Shown here: piece by piece, positions 50,794-59,911 of the stretch
Layout of the letters: each line of letters starts with the position of its first letter
How positions within the stretch are numbered: the stretch's first letter is position 1
Origin: Calditrichia bacterium
GTDB taxonomy: Bacteria; Calditrichota; Calditrichia; JAJRVZ01
DNA: 64,000 nt
Assembly (NCBI GenBank): GCA_963777955.1
Contig: CAVZSQ010000003.1
Span: 184,753 to 248,752 of the forward strand
Reading direction: 5' to 3'
Translations under genes and position numbers: made by a program
Notes under the pieces: generated by a model
Databases searched by the model: none
The model's input: only the letters and a program-made list of their open reading frames with translations
What the model was told of the DNA's origin: nothing

Positions 50794-53238
50794 TTAGGGA
50801 TGGTTTAAATTTTTCTGGATGAGCGGCAGTGATTCATATAAAGTCTTGCGCAGTTGCTTATTCAGGGCGAAATAGTATTCCAGTAATTCACGGCGCTGCT
50901 GACGTAACTGGACCATTCTTCGTTCCAGGCGATCATTATGCAACCAGAGTGATTTTACCGGATCGCGCGCCAGATGCAAAGCCATCGCCGTCCGGCGCAG
51001 GCGGCCGGTCTGCAGATTAAAAGGCAGGAAACTGCGAAAGCGTTGTTCCAATTGGTTGGTTAACAGAGTGATCTTATCCAGTAAATCGCGGAGTTTGCGG
51101 TTGCTGGCCGGTAATTGCTGTATCCTGGAATGCAGATCATCGGGAATATGCAAGGTCCGCTCGATAGTTGCCAGGATATTCAGAATGTGGGCCTGCTGAT
51201 TGACATTTTCCACCACCACGCCTGCCACCAGCCGGTGCCCCTGGCCCGAAGGCCGGGTACTGCCGTCCCAGTCACCCCAGAAGGAGAGCAGTAATTGTGT
51301 TGAGGAAGTACTGTTCCAGCGGGTATATTCCTCGGCCATAAGGTAGGTTTTGATATCGGCCACCAGTTCATCGGCTTCCTGCGAAGAACTGATAGCTACA
51401 CTCTGGCCCAGATATTCCTGTAGCAAATTAGTACCGAGGTTCTGTATAACCTCGCCGGCAAAATTCTTGGTTTGCAGAAATCCTTCGATCAACTGGTTGG
51501 CCGTCAGGTCCACCGGCAGACCGAACATCTGGGTGGGGTGTACGGTACGGTCGAACAGACGTTGCCGGAAATTCAGAGATCGCTGTCGCAGGTCTTCTTT
51601 GTAAAATTCTTTTTCCAGGATATCGATAATCTGTTTCCGGCGGTCGCTGTTTATAAGGGCTAACAGATCGGCAGTTGACTCCAGCCTGTCGGTAAAACGC
51701 TGCTGTAATTGAGCCAGCCGTTCAGGCAGATATTGTTCCAGGAATAGTTTACGGATGGACTGACCATCGATGCCTGTGGCACCTTTTTCAGTCTGCTTAC
51801 CGATCAAAAACCGGCCACGCTGGATTACTTGTTTGCCGGCTTTTTGCCATTTCTCCAGGGCATCGGGAAAGAACTGATTATAGTTATGTTTTTTAGATAT
51901 AACCCGGATTTTGCTACGGTTGTAGGCAGAGGTTTCTTCGGCAATCATACCGTTAAGATCGATCAGCATACGCCGCATCTTGTGCAATAAAATATCGGCA
52001 TTATCCCGGCCGCCCAGGGTCAGGCGGAAAGTTTTGCGGGCAACTTCATAGCCGCTGGCCGTGCGGGCGAACGTGGTCAGCGGAATCAGGCCGATACCGC
52101 GGGTGGCTAAACCGGAAGCCAGCCAGGAAAGGGAAAGACCGGATGGCAGGTGATTTATGACCAGATGCGGATACATACTACCCTGCGGGCGTTTGACTGA
52201 AATAGAAAAAGAATTTCTTTCCGCGGGGAAATCGGCAACCGCCCGTTCTAACGCAGCCATCCTTTCGGCAAAGATCTGGTTGCGCAACAGCCAGAATGAG
52301 CGGACTTTTTCCGGAGAATTGCGATAAAACAGATAGGCTAACAAAACGGCCATGATATTCGGTTTAAACAGGGACATATAGGATGTAAACCGGGCCAGCA
52401 ATTGCGGGTGCAGAATTTCCACCACCGCCAGGCGTGCCCCGGCAAAACAGTCGGTTTTGGATAACGAATGGACGGTGACCAGATATTGCAGATGATCGGA
52501 ACGGATCCGGCCTTGCTGCACCATGGCAGTGGCCAGTTGACGCAAGGTTTTAGGACCGGTCAATTCATTTGCCGGGGCAACCAGTTGATAGGAGAGATCA
52601 TCGATGACATGAATTTTTCTGGGCAGCAGAAACTGCAGCAAGGCTGTTACTTTATTTTCCGCGAAAATTTTTCCGGTGGCGTTATGCGGATTATTCAAAA
52701 TAAAAGCAGCCGATTCAGACCAGTGCGGATCGGCAGCGGACTTCCGTTCTACGGTATTAATAATGGCTGGAACATCCAGTTCAAATTCCGCCGTCAATGG
52801 TACAACTTCGACCCGGGGAAAACAATGTTCATAAGTCCAACTCAGATCTGTGGAAATAACCTCGGCCAGGCCGCAGTGGAAACCCAGGACGCTCAGCGCA
52901 GTGCGTGCCGAACCGGGTATTACCCTGCAGTTCTCAGTGGCATAATAAGGATGATGACTGGAAAATGCGCCCAGGAAACTGGCGATTAAATTCTGCTGGA
53001 AGTCGGGATTAATTCCCTGTTCGGAAAATAACAGGACAACTTCTTCATTTGACAGGCTGGAAAAATAATCTACTGCTGATCCACTTTGCGGCAGGTGGGG
53101 TATAAATCTTGAATTCCACTCTTTGCTGATCCGGTAACTGCGCGTTAATTTTTGAGACCAGGTTGTATTTTTAGTCTCAAGCCGCTCATGTACTCTCTTT
53201 ACGGCAAGATTAAAATGATCCAGCACCAGGCCGGGCAT
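50794..53238 (-). CDS. Fusion protein: class-I/II PLP-aminotransferase-fold domain (about 1-400) plus a ~430 aa C-terminal domain of unknown function
   Basis: NNPHNATGKIF (NPxNPTG-type), VHSLSKTDCFAGARLAVV (S-x-SK..G.R PLP-lysine motif). The C-terminal half has no match I can recognise. Confidence 0.55.
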   Translation of the reverse strand: MPGLVLDHFNLAVKRVHERLETKNTTWSQKLTRSYRISKEWNSRFIPHLPQSGSAVDYFSSLSNEEVVLLFSEQGINPDFQQNLIASFLGAFSSHHPYYATENCRVIPGSARTALSVLGFHCGLAEVISTDLSWTYEHCFPRVEVVPLTAEFELDVPAIINTVERKSAADPHWSESAAFILNNPHNATGKIFAENKVTALLQFLLPRKIHVIDDLSYQLVAPANELTGPKTLRQLATAMVQQGRIRSDHLQYLVTVHSLSKTDCFAGARLAVVEILHPQLLARFTSYMSLFKPNIMAVLLAYLFYRNSPEKVRSFWLLRNQIFAERMAALERAVADFPAERNSFSISVKRPQGSMYPHLVINHLPSGLSLSWLASGLATRGIGLIPLTTFARTASGYEVARKTFRLTLGGRDNADILLHKMRRMLIDLNGMIAEETSAYNRSKIRVISKKHNYNQFFPDALEKWQKAGKQVIQRGRFLIGKQTEKGATGIDGQSIRKLFLEQYLPERLAQLQQRFTDRLESTADLLALINSDRRKQIIDILEKEFYKEDLRQRSLNFRQRLFDRTVHPTQMFGLPVDLTANQLIEGFLQTKNFAGEVIQNLGTNLLQEYLGQSVAISSSQEADELVADIKTYLMAEEYTRWNSTSSTQLLLSFWGDWDGSTRPSGQGHRLVAGVVVENVNQQAHILNILATIERTLHIPDDLHSRIQQLPASNRKLRDLLDKITLLTNQLEQRFRSFLPFNLQTGRLRRTAMALHLARDPVKSLWLHNDRLERRMVQLRQQRRELLEYYFALNKQLRKTLYESLPLIQKNLNHP

Positions 53239-54227
53239 TGGCAGAGGGGTAGCGGAGTAACTTGCGGTCTGACTGTTTCTGTCCCTGCAGGTTTAACCGC
53301 AATTAATTTTGGCTCGCCGGTCAATATAAAATTCAGGTGATCCATCTCAGCAGCAGCCGGGGTACCCTTTAATTCGAACTGAACAGTTTCAATAATCCGC
53401 AGATATGCGGCATTACCGAGAAGAAAACCTGTAGTAAGCGAATCAAGTTGTTCGGCGAAAACGGCCGGAAAAATAATCCGGATCACCCGGTTGAGCATTT
53501 GAACTTCGCGGGCCAGGGAGAGATGGTTGGGCGCATTGTTCCCTTCGATGAAGAACAGGGGATGGGTTAAACCCAACTGACGCAATTGCCGGCGGGTAGT
53601 CTCGGAAAAAACAGATCCTATGACAAAAAATACCGGACATTCGGGATTTTCGGTCAGATAGTTTTTGCTCTGTTGTATGATGGCCTGCTCGGTGCCGTTT
53701 AACTGCCGGATGGTTAAACCGGGAAAATTTGCTAAATGCTGCGGCAAAGATATTCCCTGAATCAGGATATGAGCCGGTTTGGTCATGAGGTAACGCGATA
53801 AGGAATGGAAAATTATACGCAGAGTTTCATGAATACCGCCGTTGACAATAATGCATTCGCGTTGTCCGGATTCCTCGCCAAAATCATAACTTAGCGGTTC
53901 ATCCTGACCGGATAATAACCACTGCTTCACATAATTGATCAGGGGGATCGGGCGCTGGCGGGAAAAACCTCCCCGTGGCGAGTAGTTGATACTGTTATTG
54001 ATAGCCTGGTAAACTAATTGCCGGCAGGTGCCGGGTTGACCGGCATCTTCAGGGTTGTCTTCCGGTAAGACCAGCTGGCTGTATAATGCTATTAGGCGAT
54101 CATCCTGAACCGGATTACCGATATGAAAATTAACCCGTTCCTGTTCCGGGACAGTTGAAGCTGCGGTCGCTTCGCTGATTTCCGAAATAGTAGCGGCCTG
54201 CAAGGGCCGTAACTGAAAATACTTCAT
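53199..54227 (-). CDS. Degenerate aminotransferase-like protein (N-terminal AT-fold features, no PLP-lysine motif)
   Basis: FHIGNP...INYSPRGG resembles the AT N-terminal G.P / Y.P..G motifs. No S-x-SK motif is present. It overlaps the 814-aa gene by 40 nt. The start is chosen at MKYFQL (54227) just downstream of the flotillin stop. Confidence 0.4.
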   Translation of the reverse strand: MKYFQLRPLQAATISEISEATAASTVPEQERVNFHIGNPVQDDRLIALYSQLVLPEDNPEDAGQPGTCRQLVYQAINNSINYSPRGGFSRQRPIPLINYVKQWLLSGQDEPLSYDFGEESGQRECIIVNGGIHETLRIIFHSLSRYLMTKPAHILIQGISLPQHLANFPGLTIRQLNGTEQAIIQQSKNYLTENPECPVFFVIGSVFSETTRRQLRQLGLTHPLFFIEGNNAPNHLSLAREVQMLNRVIRIIFPAVFAEQLDSLTTGFLLGNAAYLRIIETVQFELKGTPAAAEMDHLNFILTGEPKLIAVKPAGTETVRPQVTPLPLCQCPAWCWIILILP

Positions 54228-54249
54228 GGACTCGCTGCCGGCAGCAGAA

Positions 54250-55239
54250 CTATTTTCCACCAGTCGATTTTTTCTCCCCTGATTTAGCGACTCCCGGAAC
54301 AAGATTCTGCAGGAAAGACTGCAGCAGTCCCAGGATGTGCGATCCCTGATTTGCTTCCTGCGGGGACAGGGAAATGACCGTACGGGCGTTGCGCAGGGTT
54401 TGACTTGCTTCAGCAAGTCGGGTGAATTGTGGATTCAGCAGCAGTAACTCCGGATTCTGCTTGAATAATTCGAGTTCCTTTTTATCGGCGGCAAGTTGCA
54501 GTTCGCGTCGCTTCAATTCCTCTTGTACCCGCAGAGTGGCGATGGCCGCTTCTTTTTCTTCGGTTACTTTTTTCAGTTCATATCTTTTGAGTTCCAGGTT
54601 ATGTTCGGCCAGGGCAATTTTTTCATCGGCATCGATGCGCACGCGGGTTGCGGCAATACGGGCTTTTTGTTTTTCGCTTTCGGTTTGTTCCAGGATGCGG
54701 CTGGATTCCTGCTGATGCATGGCCTCGGCAATTTCCTCGTCCAGCGGATCGATAGATTGAATGCTCAGCGCAACCAGGTCCAGCCCGAGGTCATGGCTGG
54801 TTTTACTCAATTGTTCCTGTAAATGGCTGGCTAATTTTGCCGAGGACAATTCTTCCAGGGCATATAGTTCCGTATAGCCTTTGACTGCGGAATAGACCAC
54901 CACCTGCAGTTCTTTGGCGGCCTTGGCTACGGCATCTTCATTCCAGCCGCCTGCCCGGATTAACTGGGACAGGTGACCATCAGCCGGAGCCACGCTCAAA
55001 ATGACCACTACCTGCAGGCCGAGTTTTCCTTTGGCTTCAGCTTCCACTTTTACCGAAAGGGAATGCGTTGTACCCAGCAATGGCAGACTGAAATGGCGGG
55101 GGTATAAACGTCTGCGCCGCTGTTTGACATCTCCGGCTTTTTCATATAATATAATATGATCCGGTTTGCGCAGCCGGTATTCATAAAACAGGTAAGCGAT
55201 GATGACGATCAGTGCCGCGACAAGAGCATAAACCCACAT
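54250..55239 (-). CDS. Flotillin-like SPFH/band-7 protein with a coiled-coil tail
   Basis: N-terminal TM MWVYALVAALIVIIAYLF, an SPFH core, and a long EA/KE-rich coiled coil (..KKVTEEKEAAIATLRVQEELKRRELQLAADKKELE..). Confidence 0.65.
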   Translation of the reverse strand: MWVYALVAALIVIIAYLFYEYRLRKPDHIILYEKAGDVKQRRRRLYPRHFSLPLLGTTHSLSVKVEAEAKGKLGLQVVVILSVAPADGHLSQLIRAGGWNEDAVAKAAKELQVVVYSAVKGYTELYALEELSSAKLASHLQEQLSKTSHDLGLDLVALSIQSIDPLDEEIAEAMHQQESSRILEQTESEKQKARIAATRVRIDADEKIALAEHNLELKRYELKKVTEEKEAAIATLRVQEELKRRELQLAADKKELELFKQNPELLLLNPQFTRLAEASQTLRNARTVISLSPQEANQGSHILGLLQSFLQNLVPGVAKSGEKKSTGGK

Positions 55240-55478
55240 ATTTACTTCCCTCCTGAAAATGGGGTATTTTAATTTCTTCTGTTGTATTATCCCCGCCGGT
55301 CAGCAGATACTAACTGTCTTTAAGTACTGGTAGTTAGAGCAATATGCATCAATCAGGGGATCGGAAACACATTGTCGTGAAAATTAGTTACTGAAGGTAT
55401 AGAAATCAAGATGAGAATTATATATGGTTTTACTTGACTGCTTAGCCGGGTGTAAGTAAATTTCTACACTTTTTAAAC

Positions 55479-55596
55479 GGTCCGGTAGTTTCTCGACTAT
55501 TGTCGGGAGTTAGAGCACCTGTACGTCTACCTGGCGTTAGACAAACCGTCACGCAGGAAGTTGTCCGGCAGCTGCCGGAAGTCTCGCCCGTCCCGA
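55479..55596 (+). ncRNA. tRNA-Asp-derived RNA gene copy A, with its own TTGACT-17-TAAATT promoter, three hairpin insertions (D-loop, anticodon region, T-arm), and a 3' strand that cannot pair into an acceptor stem
   Basis: GGTCCGGTAGTT[tctcgactattgtcgggag]TTAGAGCACCTG[tacgtctacctggcgttagacaaacc]GTCACGCAGGAAGTTG[tccggcagctgccgga]AGTCTCGCCCGTCCCG aligned to the intact tRNA-Asp at 55885. Confidence 0.5.
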
Positions 55597-55700
55597 TGAG
55601 TGAACATTATGAACGAATCGGGATCCGTTCATCCCCCATTGTACTTTTGTTTTACTTGACTGAAAGATTTGGGCTGTTAATCTTACAACACTTTAAATAA

Positions 55701-55815
55701 GGACCGGTAGTTTCCCGACTGAGGTCGGGAGTTAGAGCACCTGTACGTCTACCTGGCGTTAGACAGGCCGTCACGCAGGAAGTTGTCCGGCAGTGCCGGA
55801 AGTATCGTCCGTAGC
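55701..55815 (+). ncRNA. tRNA-Asp-derived RNA gene copy B (paralogue of A), promoter TTGACT-16-TAATCT, same three insertions, with a compensatory change in the D-loop hairpin
   Basis: A has CUCGAC/GUCGGG (one U.G pair); B has CCCGAC/GUCGGG (all Watson-Crick). The anticodon-region hairpin GUCUA-CCUGGCGU-UAGAC is identical in both. Confidence 0.5.
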
Positions 55816-55884
55816 CCCCCTTTTGTCCTGTTGTTTTACTTGACTGAAAGATTTGACCTGCTTATATTTCATCACTTAAAAATT

Positions 55885-55959
55885 GGTCCGGTAGTTCAAT
55901 TTGGTTAGAGCACCTGCCTGTCACGCAGGAAGTTGCGAGTTCGAGTCTCGTCCGGACCG
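55885..55959 (+). tRNA. tRNA-Asp (anticodon GTC), with upstream promoter TTGACT-17-TATATT (55839-55867) and downstream terminator gccccccttgtgggggcttttt
   Basis: GGTCCGGTAGTTCAATTTGGTTAGAGCACCTGCCTGTCACGCAGGAAGTTGCGAGTTCGAGTCTCGTCCGGACCG forms a canonical cloverleaf with anticodon loop CUGUCAC. No CCA is encoded. Confidence 0.85.
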
Positions 55960-56002
55960 CTGGTAGCAGCCCCCCTTGTGGGGGCTTTTTAATTTAATAC
56001 AG

Positions 56003-56083
56003 CCACGCAGGAAGTTGTCCGGCAGACTCCGCCGGAAGTCTCGTCCGGACCGCGGGTAGAAGCCCCCCTTGTGGGGGCTTTTT
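56003..56083 (+). repeat. Partial tRNA-Asp copy (anticodon loop to 3' end, T-arm carrying a hairpin insertion) plus a copy of the tRNA terminator; att-site-like
   Basis: CACGCAGGAAGTTGtccggcagactccgccggaAGTCTCGTCCGGACCGcgggtagaagccccccttgtgggggcttttt. A further remnant gaagtcttgtccggaccacg lies at 56127-56146, followed by the hairpin ccattgttgttatataacaatgg. Confidence 0.6.
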
Positions 56084-56525
56084 AATTTCATGAATTCATA
56101 TAGACAGTAGGCCCCGATATATCGGCGAAGTCTTGTCCGGACCACGATGTACCATTGTTGTTATATAACAATGGGTTTATTATTTCATGCCAACTTTACA
56201 ATACCAAGGTAATGCTACCTCTATCATTATCAATGGTAAAATCAACTATGAACAGCATTCTTTTTACAGATTAATTTAGTAGATTGCTATTTGCATTTTA
56301 ATATTTATATTGAATAACAAGTATCAATAGTTATACAAATTGAGTCCCTTTTCGGTTTATTAATTTTCTTACAGATAGTAGAAGAAACAATTTAATTTAA
56401 CCAACGTTTAAAAAATTGTATTGATTTATTATGTTTATTGCGATTCAATAAAAGGCATGATTCTATTTGATATACGTTAAATCGCCACAAAGATGCTGTG
56501 GTTTACGAGGTAAAATGGAGGGATT

Positions 56526-58860
56526 ATGGGTGACTGCATGCAAAATATTACCAAAGAAATCTTTAAGAATTCATGCCTATTATTTCTTGCTATTGTATTC
56601 TTCCCTGAATTACTTTTCTGTCAAACAGAACGAGTTGATATTTCAATTTGGCAAGAAGAGAGTGGTAGCAAACAGCTTCTTCAAAAAGGTGTACCAGTTA
56701 TATTTCCATCACAGACTTTTCATTACAATCGCAACGAGAGAGAACAATATTTATGGACGAACTCTTCGCTTGATATACAATATCAAACCATGATATCAGA
56801 TACAGGGTCTTTTCAACCTGTTTCTGGTCCTTATGGTGGAACCGTCCGGAGTATCGCTCTCGATTCTGACGGTTGGCTTTTTATTGCCACAGATGGTGAG
56901 GTCTATAGATCGAAAGATAATGGATTACACTGGGATATGAATCTTTTCCCCTCACAGATACATAACTTTGTTGAACCTGTAACCATCCTTGGTCCAAATG
57001 TGGTGGTCGCTGAAACAGATTTCGGTAACTTCATCTCAAGGGACAGGGGTGAATCCTGGAATTATTTGCTCGATGATGTACAAGGGTTTGCAGTTGATAC
57101 AACTGGGGTGATATATGCAGGGTCAAATTATGATGGAATTATGAAATCAACTGACGCAGCAAAGTCCTGGACACAATATGCATTGGCGGGAAGAAAGATC
57201 TTCAAAGTGGTCCTGTGTGGCGAAGGAAAATTCGCTTGCTATTCCGATTCGGGTATTTTCGTATCTTCTGATAATGGAATAACATGGATACTCAGACCTA
57301 AGGAGACCGGAGACACTCGGTACTTGGTGAGTGATAAACGAGGAAACCTATTTATCCTGAAATTCTTGAATGAACGCTTACAACTTTATCGTAGCAGTGA
57401 TTTTGGAGAAATATGGCAGCACATAGTTTTGCCAACATCGGGGCATGCATATCGAGTTTACGTAGAAAACGATGGGAGTCTAATTGTACCTACTACTAGT
57501 ACCCGAAAATCGTAAAGACAAAATTCTAATGTCCACTGATGCTGGAGAAACATGGAGGGAGTTGCCATTTCCTGTTGGTGCGCCTCTAACCGTAGGCAGA
57601 GATGCTACGGGGAAATTACTGGCAGGATGTTTCAATGGCATTTACAAGTATAATGATACTGATAGTGATTGGAGCGAACTTAACAATGGTATTCATGCCC
57701 GGAGGATTGACGAGATTGAGTCTACCTCTACAGGATCAATTCTTGTACTTAGCTTGGGTACATGTTTCCGAAGCACAGATTATGGAAATTGTTGGACAAG
57801 TGTGTATATTGGTGGTCCGGCCGGTGGTACATATCCACACACTCCAATTCTTTGTACATCAGGTGGAAATATTTTTATTGCAGCCGTTTTTTATGACAAT
57901 TCTGAATGCGGTCTTTTCCGCTCTACAGACGATGGTTTATCCTGGGATCGGATTTCAGTCCCCTCAAATTACTATCAAATTTCTGGAATCACCGAAGGCC
58001 CTTCAGGAGACATTTTAATATCTACTTATTTCGGCGACATCTACCGTTCCACTGATAAAGGAGATTCATGGATCAGGGTTGTTTCGAGTGCAAGCCAATC
58101 AGAAATTACATGTATCGCTTCGGATAAAATAGGGAATTACTATGCGGCAAAGGATACGTCTATACTCTTCTCTCCTGATGGAATTGTTTGGGAAGTGTTT
58201 TCTATGAAACGTAACTATTACCCTCATGAATCAATGTGTATTGATACCCGTGGAGAGATTTTCCTTGGTTCGTTGTTCGATGGAGTTTATCATTCCTCTG
58301 ATCAAGCTAGAACCTGGAACCTGATGAATGACGGCCTCATTGATAAATATGTAATAAGCACAACGGCAGACGATAGTGGGAACGTTGTCCTGGGAACATC
58401 ATCTGGGATTTTCCGTCTTGCTGATTCCATTGAAAGTTGGTCGAGTTTTAGTAATGGTTTCCCGAATACTTTCACAAAAGCACTCTCCATTTCTCCACAG
58501 GGTTATTTGTATGCGGGGACTCAAAGCTTCGGAATATATAGGAGTGTTCGTCCAATTGGAAAACGTATTCAAAAGGTCAATCCTCCTCCTATACTGGATA
58601 TTACTGAATTCAGTCTTTACCAGAATTACCCTAATCCTTTCAATGATCAAACTGTTATCCGTTATGAGGTGCCTTCTAATGCAAGGGTTGAGATCAGGAT
58701 ATACAATATTCTGGGACAGGTGGTAACTACACTCATCTCGGACGATTTGCCTGAGGGCAGTTACGATATGGGATGGACTCCAAAACAACTTTCCAGTGGG
58801 CTTGTACTTCTGCGAGATGAAAGCTTCCTCAGGTTCAAGAACATATACGAAAGTAATTAA
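56526..58860 (+). pseudogene. BNR/Ycf48-like beta-propeller surface protein with a T9SS C-terminal sorting domain, split by a frameshift in an A4 run (~57507-57510)
   Basis: Recurrent S-x-D-x-G-x-T/S-W units (SKDNGLHW, SRDRGESW, STDAAKSW, SSDNGITW, STDAGETW, STDYGNCW, STDDGLSW, STDKGDSW). C-terminal FSLYQNYPNPFNDQTVIRYEVP. Removing one A gives ..PTTSTRNRKDKILMSTDAGETW. Confidence 0.7.
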
Positions 58861-58911
58861 ACTCATGTATCTACGATGAGATGGTAGGTCGCGGAAACGT
58901 AACGGTCTATC

Positions 58912-58975
58912 TATTTCCAGGTAAAAATGACCATCATCAGGGTTCTCTGAGACCCCCATCCGCCCCGCTGGTAGA
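58912..58975 (+). repeat. ~55-nt repeat R (tttccaggtaaaaatgaccatcatcagggttctctgagacccccatccgccccg) directly after the T9SS gene. A second copy sits after the beta-helix T9SS gene at 63945-64000.
   Basis: About 90% identical to 63945-64000: tttccaggcaaatgtaacgatcatcagggttctctgtgacccccatccgccccg. Confidence 0.75.
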
Positions 58976-59010
58976 AGCCTCCCTTGTGGAGGTTTTTTAA
59001 TTTAATAAGG

Positions 59011-59093
59011 TCACGCAGGAAGTTGTCCGGGCTCCGGAAGTCTCGTCCGGACCGCTGGATAGGGTTCGTGAAGAATTATTCACGACCTTTTTT
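59011..59093 (+). repeat. Partial tRNA-Asp copy (anticodon loop to 3' end, variant T-arm insert) plus hairpin terminator; att-site-like
   Basis: tCACGCAGGAAGTTGtccgggctccggaAGTCTCGTCCGGACCGctgg, preceded by gaagcctcccttgtggaggtttttt and followed by cgtgaagaattattcacg + tttttt. Confidence 0.6.
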
Positions 59094-59106
59094 GTTGTAG
59101 GATTTT

Positions 59107-59349
59107 ATGTGGCATGTATATATAATTTGCTCTAAAAAGATTGATCATTACTATATCGGAGTCACTGACAATCTCACCTGGCGTCTGGAGAGACATAACC
59201 AAGGCTGGGGCCGATACACGAAACGAGGTATTCCATGGAAAATTGTTTATACTGAATCATTCGCAAACAAGACTGATGCATTAAGTCGAGAAAGAGAACT
59301 CAAAAAACTCAAAAGTAGAAAACATATCGAGCAATTAATTAATAAATAG
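59107..59349 (+). CDS. Small GIY-YIG nuclease-family protein (UPF0213/YhbQ-like, 80 aa)
   Basis: MWHVYIICSKKIDHYYIGVTDNLTWRLERHNQG...RERELKKLKSRK carries the GIY-YIG core (YIGVT..L..RL..H) and a catalytic Glu-like position. Confidence 0.65.
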   Translation: MWHVYIICSKKIDHYYIGVTDNLTWRLERHNQGWGRYTKRGIPWKIVYTESFANKTDALSRERELKKLKSRKHIEQLINK

Positions 59350-59479
59350 TGTCTCGCAGGAAGTTGTCCCGATCGCAGGTCAGCCCCCTTTTTAGGGAGG
59401 CTTTTATTTTTATAAAGTTATGCCGGAAGTCTCGTCCGGACCGCATTAACCCATTGTTATAAATTACAGTGGGTTTTTT
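59350..59479 (+). repeat. Partial tRNA-Asp copy with a larger T-arm insert, plus hairpin terminator
   Basis: tCtCGCAGGAAGTTGtcccgatcgcaggtcagccccctttttagggaggcttttatttttataaagttatgccggaAGTCTCGTCCGGACCGcattaacccattgttataaattacagtgggtttttt. Confidence 0.55.
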
Positions 59480-59911
59480 ATTTTAGGGTAATGCTATAGT
59501 TAATCTTACCAACTCACTTATAAAATTGCATCACACATCAATGTGAATAAAAAGTTCAAGTGCTCCCAAGAGGACGTCGTCAGATCTATCATTGTAAATG
59601 GTAATATCACCACCCAAGAGCACTAATTCTTTGAAGGATATATTTTTATTTCAAATCCAAAAATATTTATTATATTATACCGTTAGAAACAATTACTACT
59701 CCAGATAGACCTGCTTCCGGACTATAGATTCTCTCAGAGATAGCAGAAAAAATAGGTAAATAATAAATATAGGAATGCATAATTCATTTATGAATTTATT
59801 TTTACTTTTATATATATCGGTTTTGCTCACTAATATCAAATAAATTAACCGGACCCCGAGTACTCGGGGCTGGTTGTCTCAACCGTTATGTAATATATTT
59901 AGGAGTAAAAA

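Noticed and set aside
53199-53238. Merging the 340-aa and 814-aa aminotransferase-like ORFs into one frameshifted gene
   Set aside because: The 814-aa protein already contains a complete aminotransferase domain from its own N-terminus (NPHNATG at ~185, SLSK at ~250). The 40-nt overlap is more consistent with two coupled genes.
55240-55440. Sigma54 (-24/-12, TGGCAC-N5-TTGC) promoter upstream of the flotillin operon, given the adjacent bEBP-like regulator
   Set aside because: No GG-N10-GC element with the proper spacing was found on the coding strand. The regulator itself appears sigma54-incompetent.
55479-55815. tRNA genes interrupted by introns
   Set aside because: The inserts are 10-26 nt hairpins at three positions, and the 3' strand has lost acceptor complementarity. 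The elements are not compatible with group I/II introns or archaeal bulge-helix-bulge introns.
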